Shown: positions 8,776 to 18,994, counted from the first letter of the stretch. The stretch is DNA of 64,000 nucleotides from an uncultured bacterium (GCA_903822075.1 CAIJNK010000004.1:12661-76660); one strand, 5' to 3'. Made by a program: numbers and translations. The notes: a model not told the origin generated them from the sequence alone.

Positions 8776-9748
8776 CCCCCACCGCCTTTCTTACCATATC
8801 CATCTTCTTTTCCGCTCGCATAGAAGCCCTTTGGCCGCCAGCTTTCAGGATATCAAAAACGGTGTCCAAATCATGTACCAGCATCTCTCTACGCTCTCTC
8901 ATTGGCCTAATAAAGGCCTCCAAAGCCTCAATTAGCCCTTCCTTGGCCTCTTTATAGCCCAGGCCACCATTTGTGTATTTCAGGGCTAAAATTTGCCTAT
9001 CCGCGTTGTTTAGAAGAAGCCTATGAATATTATAAATATGGTTGGTCTCGGTATCTTTAGGCTCGGCTACGCCCTTGGAATCGGTCGGGATACTCATGAC
9101 CGCCTTCTTGATTTCTTCGTAAGTGGCAAAAAGCGGGATGACGTTGCCATAACTTTTGCTCATTTTTCGGCCATCGGTACCCGGCACGGTTTCCACATTT
9201 TTTAAAATCAGTGGTTCGGGTAATTTAAATATTTCAGAATTAAAAACGTTATTAAATTTCTGGGCGGTGTCGCGGGCATATTCCACGTGTTGTTTTTGAT
9301 CCTGGCCTACGGGCACCACATCCGCATCTTGCAGTAAAATATCCGCCGCCATCAATAGCGGATAATCAAAAATCCCCACATTTATTTCTTTGTTTTTGGC
9401 CTCCGCGTCCTTGTAAGCATGGGCGCGCATCAGATATGGCATGGTGGTAATACAATTGAAAATCCAATTCAGTTCATGCACTTGTGGCAGATCAGACTGT
9501 TTGAAAAGTACTACTTTTTTAGGATCAAGACCGATAGCCAGATAATCCAAAGCCACATCGATTATTCCTTGGGACATTTGCTCTTTATTCTGAACGGTGG
9601 TCACGGCATGATAATCGGCAATAAATACGTAGCTTTCATACTCGTTTTGTAACTCGACAAATTGCTTCATGGCGCCAAAATAATTACCGATATGCACTCG
9701 GCCCGTCGGTTTTACTCCGGATAACAGAATTTTCTTTGAATTTGACAT
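8762..9748 (-). CDS. trpS: Tryptophan-tRNA ligase
   Basis: HIGNY, YPLLMAADIL, VPVG.DQ.QH and KMSKS motifs. Confidence 0.97.
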   Translation of the reverse strand: MSNSKKILLSGVKPTGRVHIGNYFGAMKQFVELQNEYESYVFIADYHAVTTVQNKEQMSQGIIDVALDYLAIGLDPKKVVLFKQSDLPQVHELNWIFNCITTMPYLMRAHAYKDAEAKNKEINVGIFDYPLLMAADILLQDADVVPVGQDQKQHVEYARDTAQKFNNVFNSEIFKLPEPLILKNVETVPGTDGRKMSKSYGNVIPLFATYEEIKKAVMSIPTDSKGVAEPKDTETNHIYNIHRLLLNNADRQILALKYTNGGLGYKEAKEGLIEALEAFIRPMRERREMLVHDLDTVFDILKAGGQRASMRAEKKMDMVRKAVGVDIY

Positions 9749-9766
9749 GGGTTTATAATAGCAGAA

Positions 9767-10570
9767 TTACATTATCAAATCTAGCTCGACGTAAAACTGC
9801 GAACCTTTTCCTTCACCTTCGGATTCGGCCCAAACACGGCCATTTTGATCCTCCATCATTTTCTTGGCGACATACAAGCCCAGTCCGGTGCCATGAATGT
9901 TGGTTTTACCGGCGGCAATGCACCGACTGAATTTTTGAAAAAGCAAAGGCATGGTTTCGGGTCTTATGCCCACCCCACTGTCGCGGACGCAAAAGATCAC
10001 CTTCCGGTCATTTTTTGCCAGACTGATTTCAATCCAACCTTTGTCTGTGTATTTGCAGGCATTATCTACCAGATTCAGCAACACATGTTTGATTTTTGCC
10101 TTGTCTCCATGAATAGTGAGCACTTCCGGCGAAATATGCAATCTTATTTCCAAGCCTTTACCTTCAATGATTTTTTTCATTTCATTGATGGCTTCGTTTG
10201 CGAGGTGCGTCAGGTCAAAATCTTTCCGGTAATACCGCATCTCACCTTGCTCGATACGTGACACGTCCAGAAAATCATTTACTGTTTTCCCCAAATTATC
10301 TGTGGACTTGAGCACTATATTCAGTGGCTCGGCAAAACCCGGTGGCACATCGCCAAAGTCACCTTCGAGCACCAGGGAAATGTAACCCTTAATTGCTCCA
10401 ATCGGCCCCCGTATTTGATGGGCGGCGAAAGAAACAAATTCATTGGCCAGTGTGTTTGATGCCTTAAGACTCTCAATCAGATTATGGGCTTCTGCTAGCG
10501 CTTTTTCCAATTCCTGAATTCGGCTGTCCGTCTGGTGTTCAATATTAGTATGATGCTGTATATTTTCCAT
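9767..10570 (-). CDS. Cytoplasmic histidine kinase without sensor domain (HisKA + HATPase)
   Basis: HQIRGP H-box; NACKYT, DSGVG and GTGLGL motifs; paralogue of the kinase core of the upstream gene. Confidence 0.9.
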   Translation of the reverse strand: MENIQHHTNIEHQTDSRIQELEKALAEAHNLIESLKASNTLANEFVSFAAHQIRGPIGAIKGYISLVLEGDFGDVPPGFAEPLNIVLKSTDNLGKTVNDFLDVSRIEQGEMRYYRKDFDLTHLANEAINEMKKIIEGKGLEIRLHISPEVLTIHGDKAKIKHVLLNLVDNACKYTDKGWIEISLAKNDRKVIFCVRDSGVGIRPETMPLLFQKFSRCIAAGKTNIHGTGLGLYVAKKMMEDQNGRVWAESEGEGKGSQFYVELDLIM

Positions 10571-10605
10571 GTTTAATAATTATTTATAATTTAGTTGTAA
10601 AATCA

Positions 10606-10653
10606 AAAAAACCAAATTTTAATCTTCGCTCGTGGAAAGATTAAAATTTGGTT
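10606..10653 (-). terminator. Intrinsic terminator between the two kinase genes
   Basis: AACCAAATTTTAATCTT/AAGATTAAAATTTGGTT inverted repeat with T-run on the minus strand. Confidence 0.7.
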
Positions 10654-10667
10654 CTCCAGAATATAAT

Positions 10668-12365
10668 CTATTCTGTTAATTTTAACTCCACATAGAACTG
10701 AGAGCCTTTACCCTCGCCATCGGATTCGGTCCAGATTCGGCCATCGTTTGCTTCCACCATTTTCTTGGCCAAATAGAGACCCAAACCAGTTCCTAAAATA
10801 TTTGTTTCGTTGGCATTCTTAGCTCGAGAGAAGCGTTGGAAGAGTGAAGCAATAGTTTTGGCCGACATACCCACGCCGCTATCTTTGACCGCAAAAATGA
10901 CTTTATTATCTTTTTTCTCCACTGACACCTGCAGCCAGCCTTGCTTGGTATATTTGACGGAATTATCCACCAGATTATTGAAGACTTGCTTGAGCTTGGT
11001 TCGATCGGCATTTATCAGACAGGGGTCGGTTGTAATATTCACTCTGAATTCCAAACCTTTAGCCTCGACGCTCGGTCTGAATTCTTTGACTGTCTCTTCT
11101 ACCAACTCTCGTAAATCAAACTTTGTCAGGTCATATTTCATCTGTCCCAAGTCAATGCGGGAAACATCCAGAAAGTCCGTCACCATGTGGCTGAGGGAAT
11201 CAGTAGACTTAAAAATGGTACTGAGGGGCTCATTAAACTCTTTTGGTACCGTTCCGTAATCCCCTTCAATCATGAGTGATAAGTAACCTTTGATGGCCGC
11301 TAACGGTCCGCGAATCTGGTGCGTGGCCAAGGAGACGAATTCTGATTTCATCAAATCCACTTCCTTCAACTTTTCATTTGTTCCCTCCAGCCGTTCATTG
11401 AACCTTTCCAGTTTCTTGTTTGAATCTTCCAAATTTTGCGCCAATTTCTCAATATGTTCCTTTTGCGCAATTTCGTTTTTGACACCTCGGACAATCATCA
11501 AACCCATAATGGCGGAGAACACCAAAGTGATAGCTGTCAGCACTTTATTGGTATTGCTTTGGATGAAGAAAAATTCCGATCCGATCAAAATCACCTGGGC
11601 CCAAATCAAAGCCTGAGCCCCCAAAAGCTTAATATCAAAAGCTTTGAATTTAACAATGAGAAAAGCTAGAAAAGCCATAAATATGACCATACCAATCTGG
11701 CCATAAATTAAAAATTGCCAGTTACCTAGATCGCTTGCTAAATATCCAGCAGAAAAAAAAGAAAACGCAAATAATGATACGCCTATGGTGGCTAAGAAAG
11801 ATTGTCTTCTTATCTCTCCTTTACTTATTTTTTTATATTTAAAAATAAAATAACCAATTATAAATATAAAGGATAATATACCTACATAGTAATAATAATT
11901 TGTAAAAAGTGAACCCTCGGTTCCTTCACAGTTGGTAATGTCAAAATTTCTCAGGTTGTATATCGTAGGAGTAAAAAATATTACTGGTAATATTGGAACT
12001 ACAAGAAGTCCTTTTTTAAAGGAAGACAGATCTTTTTTATTAATAAATACATAAATGAAATAGATAATAAGTACAGAAATTAGGGAGCTTAGTAGGCCCA
12101 ACAGAGCCCATGAAAACATAGTGATACGGCTGTCAGTACTTATCCATGTTGCTAAGTCACTAATTGACCACAGAGAAAAACAAACAGATATCCAGAAAAG
12201 AATCTTTGGCAATAATTCGCTTTTATTTTTTATATAAACAAATATACCAATAAAAATAGCTGCAACTGATATTGGTATGTGAGAGTATAAGACCAAACTT
12301 ACAGGTATTGATTGTTGGAGAAAATCAGAACATGTTTTTATGTGTGTAATAAAGTTAAAATCCAT
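10668..12365 (-). CDS. Membrane histidine kinase with N-terminal multi-TM (HisKA_7TM-like) sensor
   Basis: Many hydrophobic helices in the first ~300 aa, coiled coil, HQIRGP H-box and N/G1/G2 boxes. Confidence 0.9.
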   Translation of the reverse strand: MDFNFITHIKTCSDFLQQSIPVSLVLYSHIPISVAAIFIGIFVYIKNKSELLPKILFWISVCFSLWSISDLATWISTDSRITMFSWALLGLLSSLISVLIIYFIYVFINKKDLSSFKKGLLVVPILPVIFFTPTIYNLRNFDITNCEGTEGSLFTNYYYYVGILSFIFIIGYFIFKYKKISKGEIRRQSFLATIGVSLFAFSFFSAGYLASDLGNWQFLIYGQIGMVIFMAFLAFLIVKFKAFDIKLLGAQALIWAQVILIGSEFFFIQSNTNKVLTAITLVFSAIMGLMIVRGVKNEIAQKEHIEKLAQNLEDSNKKLERFNERLEGTNEKLKEVDLMKSEFVSLATHQIRGPLAAIKGYLSLMIEGDYGTVPKEFNEPLSTIFKSTDSLSHMVTDFLDVSRIDLGQMKYDLTKFDLRELVEETVKEFRPSVEAKGLEFRVNITTDPCLINADRTKLKQVFNNLVDNSVKYTKQGWLQVSVEKKDNKVIFAVKDSGVGMSAKTIASLFQRFSRAKNANETNILGTGLGLYLAKKMVEANDGRIWTESDGEGKGSQFYVELKLTE

Positions 12366-12376
12366 ACTTTTATATA

Positions 12377-13150
12377 TTAACAATTAATATCCTTTTTGTC
12401 ATGTACATAGTCTTTTATTTTTTTATGATAATAGCACCAAAATGAGTCTTCTTCTGATTCCTTTGGTAAAAGTCTAACAATTAGAGGTTTAATTCCAAAC
12501 TTTTCTTTTAGAAATGACATGGCGGGTACTATTATATCTAAAGTTATTTTTTCCTCCTCCTCATTTGCAAGAAAATTCTCAAATAATATGCCATTTCGTA
12601 AAAATAGAGATAGAAATCTGGGATAGTATAGATTTGGAGTTTTACCGTTTCTTTTAACCCAACTTGAAATATCCTTGATATTAAATTTAATCTGTGGAAA
12701 CTCCTCGCAAAGAATGTCATGATGTAAATCAACAAGTTTTCTGCCGGCAACGGTTTCAACATCTTTGATTGTCTTTCTGTCATTTTTGTTGAAATCAATT
12801 ACTTTTTTTGGAACACAAATCTTCCCTCCGTTTTTATCTGTACCGGTATGAAAAAACATCTTGCCCAAATGATGTTTTAGACTGTTAATTGAAATATACT
12901 TATCCTCCAAATATTCTGATAGAATAAACTCCAGGCCTACATCATTTGCTCGATCCTCAAATCTCAATAGTTCAAAATTTAAACTAGAAATATGACGTGC
13001 TAAATAAGCCTTCGGGCTATCTTGTAAGAAATCCGGTATATCCCCTCCTAAAAATTCTTCAACCCTCTTTTGTAATCCTTTATCTTCCCATCGCTTCTTG
13101 ATTTCATCTTTTGCCTCCTCAAGCGGCGTGTATATGTCATCTAAATTCAT
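12377..13150 (-). CDS. Uncharacterised soluble alpha/beta protein immediately upstream of the 7TM kinase
   Basis: 257-aa ORF with TATAAT-N7-ATG; 11 nt from the kinase start; no recognised family. Confidence 0.8.
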   Translation of the reverse strand: MNLDDIYTPLEEAKDEIKKRWEDKGLQKRVEEFLGGDIPDFLQDSPKAYLARHISSLNFELLRFEDRANDVGLEFILSEYLEDKYISINSLKHHLGKMFFHTGTDKNGGKICVPKKVIDFNKNDRKTIKDVETVAGRKLVDLHHDILCEEFPQIKFNIKDISSWVKRNGKTPNLYYPRFLSLFLRNGILFENFLANEEEEKITLDIIVPAMSFLKEKFGIKPLIVRLLPKESEEDSFWCYYHKKIKDYVHDKKDINC

Positions 13151-13187
13151 GAAGGATATTATATATCTTTTTATGTTATTAGCAAAG

Positions 13188-13799
13188 CTAAATTGATCCC
13201 CACACAGCTTTTATGGCAATAATGACAAACTGCATTAGGACCGCCCAACCCAAGCAGCCTAGAATTGTACTGGTGACAAAAATAATGTAATCGCGCCTGT
13301 CCAGCTTATCAAATCGGCCATGGCGAAGGAAAATGGTGGTGATGAAGGAATCCTGCCAGAGTGATAAGGTTACGAAGGCAAAAACATCATTCTTGTTTAG
13401 TAGCCAAATCATGAACTGAAGCATCTTGGCTGGTATATAGAGGCTGAATCTTTTTATCAAGTTCTGGTGATTACTGACTTCATGGACCCACAGGTGACCT
13501 TTAGCTTTGATATTCTCCACTTCGTTCACCCCAAACCAATCGACTTTTTTATGCTGATACCAGAGCAGTATGATGAAATTATTAATAAGCGCCACAACAA
13601 TCAGAGCCAACACTCCCACAAAGCCAAACAAACCCTGAACTATTGGCCAGATAATAAATTCCCAAATTGAATTGTAGGCTTCCAGTATCCCCCACCCGGA
13701 CATTACCTGCACTGTTCGGCGCCAATTCTTGGAGATTAGAAAAATAATGATCCCCAATACGACTATCCCTCCGATTATCCATAGTATTTCGTTTGGCAT
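13188..13799 (-). CDS. Hypothetical membrane protein
   Basis: 203-aa ORF with several TM segments. Confidence 0.75.
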   Translation of the reverse strand: MPNEILWIIGGIVVLGIIIFLISKNWRRTVQVMSGWGILEAYNSIWEFIIWPIVQGLFGFVGVLALIVVALINNFIILLWYQHKKVDWFGVNEVENIKAKGHLWVHEVSNHQNLIKRFSLYIPAKMLQFMIWLLNKNDVFAFVTLSLWQDSFITTIFLRHGRFDKLDRRDYIIFVTSTILGCLGWAVLMQFVIIAIKAVWGSI

Positions 13800-13860
13800 T
13801 TAGTTATCTAGTATACTCTTTTTACACATCCTGGACAAATTAATCTAATGATACTTAAAG

Positions 13861-14547
13861 TTAATTATTATTGAGTATAAACTGACAGTATTCGTTAACA
13901 TTGTTAAAAATTCTTTCTGCCCCAGCTTCGGTAAGTATACTTCCCCATCCCTCATCACTTTTTGGTGGGAGAATGCCAAAAGTATTTAATTTAAAATCTT
14001 TTTTGATGGCCTCTAATATTTTTAACGGGGATGGCCGGTCATCGCAAAAAAATATACGGTCCGGATTAAAAATGTTTCTGACTTTTGTCATGCCATCAAA
14101 TTTATCACTGCAGTCATTCATACCTAAAATCAATTTAAAGTAATCTGCGGCGTTGTTCCGCTTAAGATTATAGAGAATCTCTTCTTTTGGTGCCCCGCTT
14201 ATTATAACCAGATCATATATACGAGAAAGCTCTTTGAGTAACTTATTGTCAGCAAGCCATATTTCATCATTAATATAGCCGGTAAAATCCCTTTCTCTCC
14301 CCAAATATAAATCTTGAAAATATTCCTTTACTGCTGAAAAGTTTATTTTTATTCCACGATATTTTAAAATATTAAAAGTCCTTTCCCAGTCGTCATTACT
14401 TTCCTTCATAGATTCTATCATCTCTTTTCCTGTGGCTTCTTTCCCGCCGTCAAAAAAGGCTACAGTCTCAATAATACATCTTGAATAAGAGACTGATTCG
14501 TCTCTAAGCACCCCGTCATTATCAAACGCAATAACAGTCCTAGACAT
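13861..14547 (-). CDS. HAD-family phosphatase (subclass IA), candidate histidinol-phosphate phosphatase
   Basis: FDNDGVL motif I, ISG motif II, DD motif IV; directly follows hisD. Confidence 0.75.
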   Translation of the reverse strand: MSRTVIAFDNDGVLRDESVSYSRCIIETVAFFDGGKEATGKEMIESMKESNDDWERTFNILKYRGIKINFSAVKEYFQDLYLGRERDFTGYINDEIWLADNKLLKELSRIYDLVIISGAPKEEILYNLKRNNAADYFKLILGMNDCSDKFDGMTKVRNIFNPDRIFFCDDRPSPLKILEAIKKDFKLNTFGILPPKSDEGWGSILTEAGAERIFNNVNEYCQFILNNN

Positions 14548-14548
14548 T

Positions 14549-15802
14549 TTATTGCTCATTCCTTCTAATATCAGCGGCATTTTTATGTCCAAATAGACCT
14601 TCAACTTCCGCTAGTATTGAGGCTATCTTAATAAGGTCTTTTGAGGCTTCTTTTGTAATTTTTTGATAGGTTAATACCTTTACGTATTCTTTGACCGATA
14701 GTCCGCCAGTATATCTGGCACAGCCATTAGTTGGCAGGGTGTGGTTTGGACCTGAACAATAATCTCCAAATACCTCCGCTGAGTATTCGCCAATAAATAA
14801 GGATCCGTAATTCTTTAACTTTGGTATAATTGTATCAGGATTTTTTATCTGAAGCTCTAAATGTTCCGGAGCTCTTTTGTTTGCAATTTCAATTGCCTCG
14901 TTGATGTTATCAGCCAGAATAATTGCACCATTTTTATCGATTGATTTTTTAGCAATATCTCTAGTCTTAAGGGCTAAGAGTTGTTTTTCTATACTCACAG
15001 AAATCTTCTCAGCTAATTCCTTGCTAAAGGTTATTACTTCTGCTCTCGAGCTTGGGTCATGCTCAGCTTGAGCTAATAAATCAGCGGCAATAAAATCTGG
15101 ATTCCCAGAATCATCAGCAATAATTAAAACTTCGCTTGGACCAGCAATAAAATCGATTCCCACAATACCATATACTTCCTTCTTGGCGGCTGCGACATAT
15201 TGATTTCCCGGACCAACTATTTTGTCTACCTTTGGAATAGACTCGGTTCCATATGCCATTGCGCCAATTGCCTGAACCCCTCCAACATTAAATATTTTAT
15301 CGGCTCCGGCGACATCGGCAGCAACAATCGTTACGGGGCATATTTTAGGTGAGCAGACAATAACCTCACTTACGCCGGCAACTTTAGCGGGAATTACTGT
15401 CATCAACGCTGTCGATGGAAGAGGATATCTTCCTCCAGGCACATAACAACCAATTTTTTCAATCGGTACTATTCTCTGGCCACAGATTACACCGGCATTA
15501 TTAATTTCAAAATCCTCTAAGCTTTTTAATTGATTTTTGGCAAAATTCCTTATATTTTTAGCGGCAAACTTTAAGGCGCTAACAGTTTTCTTATCTATCT
15601 GAGAATACGCCTTATTTATCTGATCTTTTGTCAGTTGAAAATTAGTAATTTCAAAATTATCAAATTTTTTCGTATATTCCTTTACGGCAATATCTTTTCT
15701 CTTTCTGATGTCATCAAGTATCTTTTTTACAGATTCAACATCTTTGACGACAGCGGATTCAAAGAATTCTGAATTTAAGTCTTTGGAATTTACAATTTTC
15801 AT
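14549..15802 (-). CDS. hisD: Histidinol dehydrogenase family protein
   Basis: YVPGG, GPGN, AGPSE, QAEHD, APEHL, GDY..GPNH.LPT and EGL..H motifs intact. Confidence 0.85.
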   Translation of the reverse strand: MKIVNSKDLNSEFFESAVVKDVESVKKILDDIRKRKDIAVKEYTKKFDNFEITNFQLTKDQINKAYSQIDKKTVSALKFAAKNIRNFAKNQLKSLEDFEINNAGVICGQRIVPIEKIGCYVPGGRYPLPSTALMTVIPAKVAGVSEVIVCSPKICPVTIVAADVAGADKIFNVGGVQAIGAMAYGTESIPKVDKIVGPGNQYVAAAKKEVYGIVGIDFIAGPSEVLIIADDSGNPDFIAADLLAQAEHDPSSRAEVITFSKELAEKISVSIEKQLLALKTRDIAKKSIDKNGAIILADNINEAIEIANKRAPEHLELQIKNPDTIIPKLKNYGSLFIGEYSAEVFGDYCSGPNHTLPTNGCARYTGGLSVKEYVKVLTYQKITKEASKDLIKIASILAEVEGLFGHKNAADIRRNEQ

Positions 15803-15845
15803 ATACTTTATAATATGTATTATATGCTATCTATATTTTTTAACA

Positions 15846-15879
15846 AATAAAATGGGATGGATCCTTCGATCCACCCCAT
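15846..15879 (-). terminator. Intrinsic terminator
   Basis: AUGGGGUGGAUC-GAAG-GAUCCAUCCCAU followed by UUUAUUU. Confidence 0.7.
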
Positions 15880-15904
15880 GCTCTAACACTCTACAACGAC
15901 ACAA

Positions 15905-16936
15905 TCAATCCACCTCATTCAGTCGTGCATAATCATTATTCAACAGATCGATGACCCGATCGCCGAGACTGTAGAACTCGACGAGTTTCCGGCCATATGC
16001 CACCGGGACCGAGGTTATAGGCCTCGTGTCGATGAGATCCCCAACACAAACTGGCCTGCTGTTAAGCTCCTCCATTCTCTGAAAGATCTTAATCGTAGAC
16101 ATTATGCAATACTGGCTGAGCCACAAAAGCTCATCCTGCGACATTGGCAGACCCGCCCACTCCTTCAATTTGCCGTAAGGCAGAATGTAGGGTTTTGACA
16201 AGGTCGACCGATCGAAGAGATGAACCGGAATCAAGGACTCTCCCACCTTCACCCCAATTACCCTGCCGGCATTTGGAACGAAGGGAAAGAAATCATGGCT
16301 CGGCATCCAATCAACAGGTTTCTCGAAATGATAATGCCAGACCAGTTCCCCTGTAAAAGTCTTGGCCAATCTTTCTTTGGCGTCAGGGAAAAGTATTCCC
16401 ATAACGATAGCCGCCACGTTTACCTTCCGCTTTGACAGTTGATCGATCATAAAGCAGAGGGTACTTCCGGTGAATGCACCATCCTCAAGGATGATTACTC
16501 TCTTACCGGCGAGCTCGCGGGAGACCAGTTCGATCTGACTTTCCACCGAACCAGAACCGGCCCTTGACCCGACAGAGATGATGTTTCCCTCAAAGTCGAT
16601 CAGCCTTGAAAGACCAATGCAGGTACCACCCGCCTCGTATGAGATCATCGGTGTGGTGGTGATAATCGTTGCATCCGGCATTCGGACTTTAATTTCCTTT
16701 GCCGCTGACACAATTCCATCACAAAAATCACCAAACTGAATGATCTCAACAACGGATTTAGACCCAGCAAAGGTCTTTTTGATCTTCTGTATGAGTCCGC
16801 CTTCAACTTCGTCAATTTCTGCGCGGTCCGGTATCTTGAGTCCGACCCTCTTGAATGAGCACAAATGATCATAAAGAGTCAGCGTCAAGATGTACTGCGA
16901 GAAACCGTTACTGCCTACTACTATTTTACCCTTCAT
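15905..16936 (-). CDS. Type I phosphoribosyltransferase-like protein of unknown substrate
   Basis: VIILEDGAFTGST resembles the PRPP-binding loop; long unassigned C-terminal extension. Confidence 0.65.
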   Translation of the reverse strand: MKGKIVVGSNGFSQYILTLTLYDHLCSFKRVGLKIPDRAEIDEVEGGLIQKIKKTFAGSKSVVEIIQFGDFCDGIVSAAKEIKVRMPDATIITTTPMISYEAGGTCIGLSRLIDFEGNIISVGSRAGSGSVESQIELVSRELAGKRVIILEDGAFTGSTLCFMIDQLSKRKVNVAAIVMGILFPDAKERLAKTFTGELVWHYHFEKPVDWMPSHDFFPFVPNAGRVIGVKVGESLIPVHLFDRSTLSKPYILPYGKLKEWAGLPMSQDELLWLSQYCIMSTIKIFQRMEELNSRPVCVGDLIDTRPITSVPVAYGRKLVEFYSLGDRVIDLLNNDYARLNEVD

Positions 16937-17083
16937 CTTCCTACCCCGTCCTCTCTGTTATTTTGTATGTACCACTAGTCTGGTAACTATGATATGAATA
17001 TACAGCCACGTGTCAAGTTGACATAGTATATATTATATAAAATAAAATACCCCCGCATGGCAATCGCGGGAGTATTCCTTAGG

Positions 17084-17884
17084 TCAGTTTGATTTTATCC
17101 ACTCCAGACAATCTAGCAATCCTTCGGTGTAAGTTCTACCGGAGATGTATGTTGATCTGTCTTTCAAGGCCTGTGAACCGTTACCGACAGAGCACATAAT
17201 TACTTGAGCATCTCTAATTATATCGGAATCGCCATCTCCAACCATAAAGAACTTCGTATCCGTCGGGTACAATCCTTTCAGATATTGAAAACCCGATGTC
17301 TTATCGGCATTTGCCGCACCCATGATGACTATGCCATAGGATTCGTTATAATCCTTAGCCTCCAACCCTTTTGGGATCGGTATGGTTTCTACGAGGGTTT
17401 TACCCTCCGTAAACCAGGCGTTATCAATCCTAGGTATACCACTCGCATCCGTAGTTCTCAGATAGAAACCGACGGATTGCTTTCTAAGAGCATCAATAAT
17501 CAACATCCTCCGATTTGGAGAAAAGACTTTTTTCTCCCTTATCCATGTGGCGGAATCGCCAATGACAACATCGCAATCAACTGTTGTAAAGACTTTCTTC
17601 AACCCAAGGATGAAATCATCAATATCGGTAACATTCGCAATAGGATAACTGATGCCATTAAACTTCACGAAGGCACCCTTTTCCGCAATAATTGCCCTGG
17701 GCTTAAAACCGAATGTTCCAAAATTGATTCTCTCAAGTCTCTCGACCGGAGTATCTGAGTTGGGAACGATCTCCACTTGAGTGCCTGAGTTTCGAAGAAA
17801 TGCGGCCATGGCCGATAAATCCGTGGTGATCTGATATTCCTTATCCAACAGAACCCCATCCACATCAATCATGATAACTTTCAT
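17084..17884 (-). CDS. HAD-family hydrolase (Cof/IIB-like)
   Basis: IDVDGVL, DK..G and VGDGDSD motifs. Confidence 0.8.
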   Translation of the reverse strand: MKVIMIDVDGVLLDKEYQITTDLSAMAAFLRNSGTQVEIVPNSDTPVERLERINFGTFGFKPRAIIAEKGAFVKFNGISYPIANVTDIDDFILGLKKVFTTVDCDVVIGDSATWIREKKVFSPNRRMLIIDALRKQSVGFYLRTTDASGIPRIDNAWFTEGKTLVETIPIPKGLEAKDYNESYGIVIMGAANADKTSGFQYLKGLYPTDTKFFMVGDGDSDIIRDAQVIMCSVGNGSQALKDRSTYISGRTYTEGLLDCLEWIKSN

Positions 17885-17945
17885 TGTATTTCCATATTTG
17901 TTGTGTGCTAATTTCTCTACGCAAACTAACACACTTTATTAGCAT

Positions 17946-18848
17946 TTACAAATTGATTATCTTATAAAAGAAATCCATAAATTCCTGACTTTTGACTGCT
18001 TCAGCGTAGTTGATCATATTCCTTCCAGGAACCACCGAACCGGCCTTGTCACCTTCTGTTTCTATGGTAAAGTTTCCATTTTTAAAATTAAGAAAATCTC
18101 CGAGAATCGCCGATACCGCTAAGGGATCGTAAAGTTCAAACTGGCGATTATTTGGATTGCCAAAAAATGCGTACCAATTTTTTATCGCCTTAATAATAAA
18201 TTTTCCGGAACAGGATTTGGACTTGATATTCGTCAAATCCTTGATGTCTATAAGGCATTTGTGAGTCACGTCCAAGGGTATTAGGTTAACTTCTCTAAAA
18301 TTATCAAAAATCATTTTTACAGATAACGGATCTTGGAAAAAATTGAACTCGGCATATTTCGTGGAATTACCTGGGACGTTAATTGCTCCACCCATTAAGT
18401 ATAATTGGGATATTTGTTTTGCTATTTCGGGGTATTTTATAAATGCCTTGGCTATGTTTGTCGGTGGAGCTACGGAAATGATAACCAGATTATCACCATA
18501 TTTTTTTGATGATTCAACTATAAAATCTACTGCATCTTTCGCTTCCTGGCTTCTGGTGACTGGAAGATCAACGTTGCAAAGCCCATCGTTTCCGTGATAA
18601 TCAAAAGCTTCAACAAATTGCTTTGACGATAAAGGTTTGGCAGAACCTTTGTATACTGAAACATCTGATCCTAATAATTCCAAGATAGCAAGGGTATTTT
18701 TAGTCGTTTGAGTCACTCCGACGTTCCCCCCACAAGTGGTAATTCCAATAATCTGCGACCCCAAGGTCTTTGATAGTAGAATGATCGCCAAAGCATCGTC
18801 AATGCCAGTGTCCACATCCAAAATAATCTTTTTGTCCTTACTAAACAT
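17946..18848 (-). CDS. Inosine/uridine-preferring nucleoside hydrolase family
   Basis: DVDTGIDDA, HG.DGL, MGG, AEFNF..DP and PLDVT motifs; start at MFSKDK, because the longer ORF overlaps the tRNA. Confidence 0.9.
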   Translation of the reverse strand: MFSKDKKIILDVDTGIDDALAIILLSKTLGSQIIGITTCGGNVGVTQTTKNTLAILELLGSDVSVYKGSAKPLSSKQFVEAFDYHGNDGLCNVDLPVTRSQEAKDAVDFIVESSKKYGDNLVIISVAPPTNIAKAFIKYPEIAKQISQLYLMGGAINVPGNSTKYAEFNFFQDPLSVKMIFDNFREVNLIPLDVTHKCLIDIKDLTNIKSKSCSGKFIIKAIKNWYAFFGNPNNRQFELYDPLAVSAILGDFLNFKNGNFTIETEGDKAGSVVPGRNMINYAEAVKSQEFMDFFYKIINL

Positions 18849-18871
18849 GATGAATATTATATTATGATAAT

Positions 18872-18901
18872 AAAAAAGCGGCAAGTCTAGGACTTGCCGC
18901 T
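18872..18901 (-). terminator. Terminator after tRNA-His
   Basis: AGCGGCAAGUC-CUA-GACUUGCCGCU followed by a U-run. Confidence 0.8.
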
Positions 18902-18907
18902 GAGGAA

Positions 18908-18984
18908 TGGTGGGTAAGACGGGACTTGAACCCGTAACCCTTGGTTCCACAAACCAATGCTCTAGCCAATTGAGCTACATACCC
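18908..18984 (-). tRNA. tRNA-His(GUG) with encoded CCA and discriminator A73
   Basis: Cloverleaf: acceptor GGGUAUG/CUUACCC, D arm GCUC/GAGC, anticodon arm UUGGU-UUGUGGA-ACCAA, T arm ACGGG-UUCAAGU-CCCGU, ACCA end. Confidence 0.93.
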
Positions 18985-18994
18985 ACAAAGGAAC

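Noticed and set aside
8561-8935. 124-aa plus-strand ORF
   Set aside because: Antisense to trpS, the T-box and aspS, with no protein-like features.
18849-18950. N-terminal extension of the nucleoside hydrolase ORF
   Set aside because: It overlaps tRNA-His and its terminator; TATAAT-N7-ATG supports a start at 18848.
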